Source: an uncultured delta proteobacterium
GTDB lineage: Bacteria > Myxococcota_A > Polyangia > Polyangiales > JAFGIB01
Reading direction: 5' to 3'
Length of the DNA: 64,000 bases
Assembly: GCA_963778655.1 (NCBI GenBank)
Contig: CAVZVA010000009.1
Span: forward strand, 608,001 to 672,000
Part shown: positions 41,291 through 49,169 of the stretch, piece after piece
Position numbering within the stretch: the first letter of the stretch is position 1
Layout: every line of letters begins with the position of its first letter
Program-made: the position numbers and the translations under genes
The notes under the pieces: model-generated
Database searches by the model: none
What the model was told of the DNA's origin: nothing
Seen by the model: the letters and a program-made list of their open reading frames with translations, nothing else

Positions 41291-41577
41291 GCGATCCGCG
41301 CGATCACGATCGCGCGGTGCGCGCACGTTGGGACTGTGCCTGGCCAACGCCGTACGCAAGACTCCGTTTCCGCCGTTCCCTAAGCCGCTTTTCCGCTTCT
41401 CGTATAAGTTCCCGGCATGGATCCAAAAGTGGCTGCCGATCGCAAGGACGGCTGCCGTCTTGTGTCAGCCGAGGATCGCGATGGCCCGGACTTCGGCCGA
41501 TCTCAGAACGTCCCCACTGCCCCGGCCGGATCATCTGCCAGCTTCTGCCAGCGCAATAGGACCGCTCCTCTGCTCGC

Positions 41578-42453
41578 TCAAGCCAACTCGTCGACCATCC
41601 AGCGCAGACCCGCGCCGAAGGCTGAAGGAAAGACCGTTAGGTGATACTCGTTCGGGACCACCGCGGACTGCATGCGCAGCCCGTGCCGCGTGCGACCCCG
41701 GAGAGCCGCGATGAGCTCATGGAAGTTCTGCAGATGTCGCAGTTTCTCGAGCACCTCGTCGGAAAACCCTTCGTTGCGCCAGCCACCACCGGGCGCCTGC
41801 TCGTTCTCGCCGACGGCCAGGAACAGGCGAACCGGCAGCGCTTGATTCGCATCGCGTGACTCTCGCTCGTAGAGAAACACGACGCGCTCGTCCCACCACA
41901 GCGACGGACTGAGCAAGAGGTAACCGTCGAACAGCTCCGGGTCGTGAAACAGCGTATAGAGACCGAATAGCCCACCGAACGAGTGGCCGACGAGGATGCG
42001 AGCCGAAGGCGCGCTACCGAGTCGCGCTTCGACCGTCGGCATCACCTCCTCGTGGAGGGCGGCCAAGAACGACGCTGCTCCGCCGAAGGACAGCGGGGGT
42101 AGCTGGACCCCAACCGGTGCTCCGTGAGCTGTCGGCGTCAGGTCGAGCGCACGACGCGTCATGACCTCTCGGGGATCGCTCGTTTCGTAGCCGACGCCCG
42201 CGATCACCAGGTCGGGCCACGCGCCGCCCGCCATACGCGCGAAATCACCGAGGAACGCGGCTGTCGTGACCGCAGCCGAGAAGTTGAAGCTGAGATCGAG
42301 GAGATAGAGCAGGAGCGGGCTGCCGCGCCCGCCGCCGCACGGCCGTGCCGTCGACACGCGCAGGGTACGCTGCAGATGCCGAGACTCGAGCTGCAGCACG
42401 TCGATCTTCGGCCAGGAATGCGGGCTGGCGCTCTTGATGGCTGCGTTCGTCAT
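41578..42453 (-). CDS. Alpha/beta hydrolase (IroE/BesA-like esterase)
   Basis: GGGAGG RBS, RALDLTP, GHSFGG, SPSLWW, EYH. Confidence 0.88.
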   Translation of the reverse strand: MTNAAIKSASPHSWPKIDVLQLESRHLQRTLRVSTARPCGGGRGSPLLLYLLDLSFNFSAAVTTAAFLGDFARMAGGAWPDLVIAGVGYETSDPREVMTRRALDLTPTAHGAPVGVQLPPLSFGGAASFLAALHEEVMPTVEARLGSAPSARILVGHSFGGLFGLYTLFHDPELFDGYLLLSPSLWWDERVVFLYERESRDANQALPVRLFLAVGENEQAPGGGWRNEGFSDEVLEKLRHLQNFHELIAALRGRTRHGLRMQSAVVPNEYHLTVFPSAFGAGLRWMVDELA

Positions 42454-42619
42454 GGCGACCTCCCGTGTCCTCCCCGCGCCGAACCCGGCGGCCGCGCGGC
42501 CGCAGCCTGATAGGGCGGCGCCGAGGCGCGTCGCCGTAGCGACCCACGCCAGCAGCTCCCTTCGCGACAGCGGACCGGCGTAGACGAATCGGGCCTGGAG
42601 CCGGTTCTCTCCCAGTCTG

Positions 42620-44171
42620 TCACCGCCGCCGCTCCAGCAGCGCACCGACCCCGGCGTTGTAATCCATGCGCTCGCCGTACCAGCGCGTGACGCCGGTGCG
42701 CGGGCCGATGTCGAGGCCGAGCTGGGTGTGCGCGGCGCGCAGGCCGCGACAACCCTCGCTCGCCTCCACGCCGGGGCTAGGCGGCACGTGCGGCACCGGC
42801 ATGCCGTCGGGACGGATGAAGCGCACGCCGGCAGCGGCGGTGCCCTCGATGCGGAAACCGTGCTCGTGCACGAAGCGGTGATGGCGGCGGCACAGCAGCA
42901 CCAGGTTATCGAGCTTGGTCTCGCCGCCGTCGGCCCAGTGGTGGATGTGGTGCGCGTCCACGAAGCGGCTGTTCGTGCAGCCCGGAAAGCGGCAGCCACC
43001 GTCGCGGGCGTCGAGCGCGCGGCGCATGGCCGGCGGGATCACGCGCGTCTTGCGGCCGACGTCGAGCGGCGTGCCATCTTCGCGCTCCACGATCGGCACC
43101 AGCCCGCCGTCGCAGCACAGCCGCCGCACCGTGGCCGGCGGCAAGCTCGGCCCGCCATCGAGATGGCTGCGCCCGTCCTGCAGCTCGTCGCGCAGCACCG
43201 CCTCGTCCACGTGCACGGTCACCAGGTGTCGGTCGCCAGCCGCGAGCGGCGCGCCGCCGCCGCCGCCCAGAAAGCTCTCGCACAGCAGCCCGAGCGCGTC
43301 GGCCTGGCGCGCAGGGTAGGGCTGCTTGGGCTCGTCGGGGGGCGGTGCCTCCGGAGGAGCGGACGATTCACATGAAGCGCGCTCGGCCTGGCCAGACGCG
43401 CCGCTGCCGGACGCCGCCGCGCCCGCAGGAGCGGACGCTTCACATGAAGCGTGCTCGGCCTGGCCAGACGTGCCGCCGCCGCCCGCCGGCGCTTCACGTG
43501 AAGCGTGCTCGGCCTGGCCAGACGTGCCGTCGCCGCCCGCCGGCGCTTCAGGTGAAGCGCGCTCGGCCTGACGCAACGCGTCCGAGGCCGCCTGCAGCGC
43601 CTTCATGACCAGCGCGCCCTGCTCGGGAGGCAGGCGGCCCTCGACCACGAGCGCGCCGCTCTCGTCCCAGTAGCAGCGCAGCCCGCGCTCGACGTGCAGC
43701 TCGTTGGCCTGGTCGAGCTCCTCGAGCCGACCCACGCGGCGGTACAGCCGCACCGTCTTCTCCACGTGCGAGACCGTGCCGTCCTCGGCGATGCGCAGCA
43801 GCAGCGCCTCGTTGTCGGGCGTGGCGATGCGGGTGAGGGCGCGCACCTTGCAATAGCTGATCACCCCGCGGCGCATGGCGTCGGCGAGCTTGGGCAGTGC
43901 CGGCAGCGCCTTGGCCACGCGCACCTTCTCGCGCGCAGCCACCAGGCCGATGCCGCACTTCCACTGCAGCCAGTGCGCGCATGAGGCGATGCCCCAACCC
44001 ACGTGCCCGCCCCGCCGCCGGAATTCCCTCCAGCAGCACCAGGAAGCGGTAGTTGCCCGCGTTCATGTGCGCGGCGAGCGTGGTCAGCTCCTGCTCGAGC
44101 GCATCGAGGGACGCCGGCCCCGCCTCCGAGCCGCCGCCACCCGCCCCAGGGTTTGGCTCACCGTCGAACAT
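42620..44171 (-). CDS. DUF222 + HNH endonuclease, one-base frameshift at 44026-44028
   Basis: SCAHWLQWKCG, RRLCCD, RDGGCRFPGC...DAHHIHHWADGGET.LDNLVLLCRRHH. CCC here versus CC in the second copy. Confidence 0.9.
43365..43560. repeat. In-frame tandem repeats each carrying a GCTTCACGTGAAGC-type palindrome
   Basis: Palindromes at 43365, 43437, 43491 and 43545 (spacing 72, 54, 54). Also at 45404 and 45458. Confidence 0.85.
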
Positions 44172-44460
44172 CTGGACTAATTACTGAACCAGATGTCAAC
44201 GCGAATTTGCAGCGATTTGCGCGGGCAGAGGTCGGTGCCCGACGCCGCGTCGCGCGGCTGAAAGTGCCCCGAGGCCGCGCCGCGCGGCTGAAAGCGCCTT
44301 GGCAGCTTGGGCTGCTGATGAGCGATTCCACATGCTGGCGGACACCGCCGCCCTGCCAAAACCAGGTGTGCTACTCGGGCTTGCTCACGCGGCCGGCACG
44401 TGGCGCTCTCGCGGGGGCCTTTGTCATACGTCGCAAAGCGCGCGCGCATGCCGTGTTCTC

Positions 44461-44877
44461 TCAGTGCACGAGCACGGCAAAGCGTCCGAATTGCGCGAAG
44501 TGCCGGTCGAACGCGATCGCCGCGTCGACGTGCAGGCGCTCGATCACGACGAAGCTCAGCGCGTCGCAAAGCGAATAGCCTTTGTCGGCATGGGCCCGCA
44601 GGAGCGCGGTCGCCTGAGTCTCGTCGTCCCGCGTCACGCGCTCGACGTGGCACAAGCCGGCATCGAGGTCACCCAGGAAGTTGAGCGCGAGGCTGCGCCC
44701 TTCACGAGCCCGGTTCACGAGCAGCGCGTGGGTCTCGAACACGACAGCGTTGGTGGTCGCGAGCCAGAAGCGCTCGGCGCGCGCCCGCTCGAACAGGCGG
44801 ACGGCCGCAGCGTGGTCCGCATCCTCGGCCACCAGATGCGCGAACCACGCCCCCGTGTCGACGAAGACCCGCTTCAC
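44461..44877 (-). CDS. vapC: PIN-domain toxin
   Basis: VFVDT, VVFET, SLCDALSF, FDRHF. Confidence 0.9.
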   Translation of the reverse strand: MKRVFVDTGAWFAHLVAEDADHAAAVRLFERARAERFWLATTNAVVFETHALLVNRAREGRSLALNFLGDLDAGLCHVERVTRDDETQATALLRAHADKGYSLCDALSFVVIERLHVDAAIAFDRHFAQFGRFAVLVH

Positions 44878-45110
44878 TTCTCGTCCGAGTAGATCTCGGC
44901 GAGGTGCTGGTACTTGTTGCGCGCCACGTCGACGTATGCGGAGTGCCCCGCCCCCGCACGCGCGATGAAGCGGTCCAGCGCCGCAAGCCGCTGCGCTTCG
45001 GCGTGGGGCTCTTCACTGCGAAGCTCCTGTTCGAGTGCTTCGACCAGACGCCGCCGCTCATCCGCCGACAGGGTCCGCGCTTGCTCCAAGATGGACTCGA
45101 TCGTTCGCAT
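44874..45110 (-). CDS. Antitoxin cognate to vapC
   Basis: 78 aa, 4-bp overlap with vapC, C-terminal DVARNKYQHLAEIY. Confidence 0.75.
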   Translation of the reverse strand: MRTIESILEQARTLSADERRRLVEALEQELRSEEPHAEAQRLAALDRFIARAGAGHSAYVDVARNKYQHLAEIYSDEK

Positions 45111-45259
45111 GGCTCTCTGGCACTCTAGCGCGGCCGGGGCATCGACACCACGCGCGCGGCGACCCGAGGTGGCTGCTACGCATGTGCTACTTAGCATGCC
45201 GACGCTGCCGCTTTGTCCGCTGATTTCAACTGGTTATGCCCTTGGCTGGGGCATGGAGT

Positions 45260-45297
45260 ATCCTCGTGTCGATAGTTCGACTCTGTCTCTGGGCACC
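45260..45297 (+). other. tRNA-Phe 3' fragment (att-site relic, variant 1)
   Basis: ATCCTCGTGTC-GATAG-TTCGACT-CTGTC-TCTGGGC-ACC. T-stem pairs; no 5' half. Confidence 0.65.
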
Positions 45298-45369
45298 GCA
45301 GAAACCGCGCCGGTAACACCTCGCGTGCCCCTGCGGCGCAATGCGTCGGCCGGCGCCGCGGTCGAGCGC

Positions 45370-46083
45370 GGCCTGGCCAGACGCGCCGCCGTCGGCCGCG
45401 GCCGCTTCACGTGAAGCGTGCTCGGCCTGGCCAGACGTGCCGTCGCCGCCCGCCGGCGCTTCAGGTGAAGCGTGCTCGGCCTCGCGCAACGCGTCCGAGG
45501 CCGCCTGCAGCGCCTTCATGACCAGCGCGCCCTGCTCGGGAGGCAGGCGGCCCTCGACCACGAGCGCGCCGCTCTCGTCCCAGTAGCAGCGCAGCCCGCG
45601 CTCGGCGTGCTGCTCGTTGGCCTGGTCGAGCTCTTCGAGCCGGCCCACGCGGCGGTACAGCCGCACCGTCTTCTCCACGTGCGAGACCGTGCCGTCCTCG
45701 GCGATGGCCAGCAGCAGCGCCTCGTTCTCGGGCGTGGCGATGCGCGTCATCGCCCGCACCTTGCAGTAGCTGATCACCCCGCGCCGCATGGCGTCGGCCA
45801 GCTTGGGCAGCCCCGGCAGCGCCTTGGCCACGCGCACCTTCTCGCGCGCAGCCACCAGACCGATGCCGCACTTCCACTGCAGCCAGTGCGCGCATGAGGC
45901 GATGCCCCAACCCACGTGCCCGCCCCGCCGCCGGAATTCCTCCAGCAGCACCAGGAAGCGGTAGTTGCCCGCGTTCATGTGCGCGGCGAGCGTGGTCAGC
46001 TCCTGCTCGAGCGCATCGAGGGACGCCGGCCCCGCCTCCGAGCCGCCGCCACCCGCCCCAGGGTTTGGCTCACCGTCGAACAT
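45370..46083 (-). pseudogene. Second DUF222-HNH copy, 3'-truncated (HNH domain absent)
   Basis: Direct repeat of about 43457-44309 at about 45370-46191. Confidence 0.9.
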
Positions 46084-46186
46084 CTGGACTAATTACTGAA
46101 CCAGATGTCAACGCGAATTTGCAGCGATTTGCGCGGGCAGAGGTCGGTGCCCGACGCCGCGTCGCGCGGCTGAAAGCGGCTTGGCA

Positions 46187-46401
46187 GCTTGTGCCGGGTC
46201 GCTTGTGCCGGGTCGCTCATGCCGAGCGGCGAAGTGCAGGCAGATGATCATGTTGCTTCCCGAGGTTATCGATGTATCGAGGACCGTCCCCAGATCAGTC
46301 GTCATGCCGAGCGGCGAAGTGCAGGCAGATGATCATGTTGCTTCCCGAGGTTATCGATGTATCGAGGACCGTCCCCAGATCAGTCGTCCAGATCAGTCGT
46401 C
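46187..46401 (+). repeat. 85-bp tandem duplication flanked by 14-bp and 13-bp duplications
   Basis: 46217-46301 equals 46302-46386. GCTTGTGCCGGGTC x2 before, CAGATCAGTCGTC x2 after. Confidence 0.9.
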
Positions 46402-46486
46402 TTACCCTTTAGGAGACGGGACCCGGCAGACGTTACGTGCCATTGTTCGTACGGTCGGAGACTTCCGTAAGTCCGCTCAACTTGAC

Positions 46487-46515
46487 GACGCACGCCCCCC
46501 GCGGGGGCGTGCGTC
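46487..46515. terminator. Perfect GC-rich hairpin
   Basis: GACGCACGCCCCC-cgc-GGGGGCGTGCGTC, no U-tract. Confidence 0.4.
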
Positions 46516-46551
46516 AGAGCAACCTAGGCGGGGGGACACTCGGGCGCGCGC

Positions 46552-46862
46552 CTACCGCCTGTCGGTAGCAAGCACATCAACACGCTCTGCAGCGATGGTC
46601 AGCTCCCCCTCCTGCAATCCCTCGAGGGCGATGGGCTTGTAGGCCGGGTCGGTCGAGTCGGGCGTCAGTACCACCCGCGAGTGCGTCCACGATCCCTCGC
46701 CGTCCGCCACCTTTTCGTTCTCGTAGACCTTCACGGTGTAGGTGCCGCCAAGGTCGGGGTCCTGGATGTCGCGGTGCTGTGCGAGCACGACCTTGCCTTG
46801 CCGGGTGCCGCCGGGGTTGAGCCACCAAAGGCACCACGCGCCGTTGGGGATGCGGCGCCGCG
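46552..46862 (-). pseudogene. C-terminal S24-like domain fragment of a helicase/nuclease gene
   Basis: RRIPNGAWCL...GTRQGKVVLAQHRDIQDPDLGGTYTVKVY...L.PDS.DP.YKPI. No N-terminus. Confidence 0.65.
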
Positions 46863-47104
46863 GAGAAAGCGTGCTGGCAGATGATCGACGCGGCTGGAAC
46901 TTGGGCCTCGATATCCGCCGGGCAGGTTCCGGTGGCGTCGGTGGGTGGTCAAGCGCCGATCGCCATGGCAAGTCGGAGTGAGGCGCAGTTCCGAAAGGGG
47001 ATGCAATCGCCACGGAAAGCCTAACGCGGTCGGCTCCCGGTCTACCCGACCACCCTCAAGACTGGGGATCCGAGCTGTTCGCGCTGGCCGAGACGCCGCA
47101 CCGT

Positions 47105-47698
47105 TCAGTCGCTCAGTTGCTGTTCAAGGAGGTCGCTCAGATACTGCGCAAGGGCGTCGACATTAAAGTGTCCGTTGGCCCAGTGCTGATCTGCGTCCTG
47201 AAGCGCAGCGTAGTAGGGCGCGCGATCTTCGCGGATTCGCTCAGGCACGGTCTTGCTTCCAGGTAGCAATGCGCCGTGGCGCAGGCAGATCAGGTAGTAG
47301 CACGCGGCGCGCGCCGTCCGACCGTTGCCTTCGATGAATGGATGAATCCAGTTGAGTCGCCAAAGCGCATAGGCAGCCAGAAGCGTGGGGTGATCCATGA
47401 TGTCCCAGTTCTCATGAACGACCGAGATGAAACGGTCCATCAAGTTAGGGACGTCTTCGAAGTGAGGTGGTATATGGTTGCCGACGTATATCGGCTCCTC
47501 CCGAAACCGGCCGCCAAACTGGGCAATGTTCGACACCGCCACAGCATTGAGAGACCAGAGGGTGTACTTGTCGAAGGCTTCAATTCCCTTCGCTAGTCCA
47601 ATCTCTATGCAATTCGTTAGCAGATCGTACTGACGCAAGAGATTCTGCTCTTGAATGCGAGCGAACAACTCAGGATCAGTGGTCTCTCGAACCGCCAT
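47105..47698 (-). CDS. Fic-domain protein
   Basis: Canonical HPFIEGNGRTAR. Confidence 0.93.
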   Translation of the reverse strand: MAVRETTDPELFARIQEQNLLRQYDLLTNCIEIGLAKGIEAFDKYTLWSLNAVAVSNIAQFGGRFREEPIYVGNHIPPHFEDVPNLMDRFISVVHENWDIMDHPTLLAAYALWRLNWIHPFIEGNGRTARAACYYLICLRHGALLPGSKTVPERIREDRAPYYAALQDADQHWANGHFNVDALAQYLSDLLEQQLSD

Positions 47699-47717
47699 TT
47701 CGGTTTCCGGTCCGCGT

Positions 47718-47927
47718 CTATGAATGCTTCAGTTTTATGTGCTTTGAGGCATGGCGAACGGTTTCCTTCGTTATTCGGCTGTTCGCAGGAGCGTTGCCGA
47801 ATGCAAAACTCACTCGCTGTTCGTGAAGCTCCTCTTCGGAAACGTCCCGGTCCTTGGCGTGTGTGAGCAGTCTCTGCAGCTTCGAACTGATCTTGAGCGA
47901 TGTTTGAAATTGCTTGCGCGCGGGCAT
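47718..47927 (-). CDS. Small protein upstream of Fic (putative antitoxin)
   Basis: 69 aa with EQRVSFAFGNA, 19 nt upstream of the Fic gene, same lower GC. Confidence 0.65.
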   Translation of the reverse strand: MPARKQFQTSLKISSKLQRLLTHAKDRDVSEEELHEQRVSFAFGNAPANSRITKETVRHASKHIKLKHS

Positions 47928-48229
47928 TTCGAACGATCCTCGTTTGATTTCCTGTTCTTCGGGTCAGCGGACTGCGCTTGCGTTCAGTTGTTACGCGAAG
48001 ATGCAGCTCGGGTCAAGTTTATCCGGCGCGTCGGACACCGGCGCCAGGCGATCTCAGCGAGCCGCGTGCCAAATGTCAGGCGAATCGCGCACCTCCCCTA
48101 CAGCGCCGACCGGAGTTCGAATCGGCGCAGTCGATCGTCCGAGCAAGTGCCGGCGCGCGCGAAGGGGCCCTCGGGTCTCGCCGAGGCAGTGCCCTGGTTG
48201 ATCGGTCCGTGGACGGTACACGCTGCATC

Positions 48230-48324
48230 TCAGTGATCCAGCGCCAGCACGGCAACGCATCCGGAATGCGAAGCGTGTACGGCTCCTGCTCGGCCTGTGG
48301 GTCGAGCACGACGGGGAGGGTCAT
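48230..48324 (-). pseudogene. RelE/ParE toxin relic
   Basis: MTLPVVLDPQAEQE joined directly to PYTL, then VAVLALDH* in a shifted frame. Confidence 0.5.
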
Positions 48325-48334
48325 GAGCGCAGCC

Positions 48335-48556
48335 TCAGCGGGTGAAGATTCGCTCGCGCGCCTCAGGCCACGGGACGGTTTGCACCTCGCCGCGGTCGAT
48401 CGCCGCAAGCCGGCGCTTCGCTTCCTCGATCCAGGCCAGCTCAACCTGGTCAGCGGGCTCGCCGATGGTGTCGAGCAGCCGCAGGGCCAGCTCGGCGCGG
48501 TCCTGTTCGGAGAGCTGAAGGGCTTCGTCGAGTAGCCGCTGGGCTTGGCCGGACAT
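48335..48556 (-). CDS. Addiction-module antitoxin (TIGR02574-like)
   Basis: EALQLSEQDRAELA..LL...AWIEEAKRRL....G....VPW. Confidence 0.85.
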   Translation of the reverse strand: MSGQAQRLLDEALQLSEQDRAELALRLLDTIGEPADQVELAWIEEAKRRLAAIDRGEVQTVPWPEARERIFTR

Positions 48557-48785
48557 GCCCTCAGTCTGCCACGGCTCGGGCCCGGTTGCAGCGGACCGGG
48601 CGGGCCCTTGCCCGAGCCGGGGGGTCGCAGCGCGCCCATTGCCGGGGGAGTCCCTACGCCTGCCCCGCTGCCCCTGCGCGCGTCTCGCTCGCCGTCTCGC
48701 TCGTTCGCTGTTGCAGATTCGCCGAAGTGCGGCGCGCGGCAAGCCGATTGGGGCCGGCTTTCGCGGAGTTGCCCACACGACGGGT

Positions 48786-48832
48786 GAGGACTGAAAATCC
48801 TCGTGTCGGCGGTTCGATTCCGCCACTGGGCA
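48786..48832 (+). other. tRNA-Phe(GAA) 3' fragment (att-site relic, variant 2)
   Basis: Anticodon arm GAGGA-CTGAAAA-TCCTC, T arm GGCGG-TTCGATT-CCGCC, ACTGGGC-A. No D arm and no CCA. Confidence 0.8.
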
Positions 48833-49169
48833 CTGCCATCCCGCGTTTTCGGCGGCGTTCAAAGCGCAACTCGACCTGTCAGCACGGCCTCGTCGAGCTG
48901 GTAGTCGTCGCCGAGCTGGATCACCTGTCAGCGCGTTTTCCGACGGCGCGTTTTCCGACGCCTTCCGCCGCAACCGCGACAGCGAACGGCAGAGACACAG
49001 GCCATGGGCGCTGCGGCCAAGCGCAATTCCACGCGCCGCAAATGTCCGCGCCCGCTGCGGGCCGAGTCTAATGCCCTGCTCTGGTTCGGCGCCCGCCACT
49101 ACCATCCCTGTCCGTGACCAGGACGGCGCCGTCCACGCATCCAGGATCCGCCATCACGCCATCAAGCCA

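Noticed and set aside
42453..42999. N-terminal extension of the esterase with a Tat-like SRRELL
   Set aside because: No start codon outside the HNH gene, and ATG 42453 has a good RBS. It could be a relic but is unsupported.
43365..43560. CRISPR array in the palindromic repeats
   Set aside because: Units are in-frame coding sequence, the intervening sequences resemble each other, and no cas genes are present.
44194..44199. TTGACA -35 for the HNH gene
   Set aside because: No -10 at proper spacing, and too close to the ATG.
46217..46386. CRISPR or guide-RNA array
   Set aside because: Two identical 85-bp units with no unique spacer.
48771..48836. Functional tRNA-Phe gene
   Set aside because: No D arm, only 5 bp of possible acceptor pairing, no CCA. 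Treated as an att relic.
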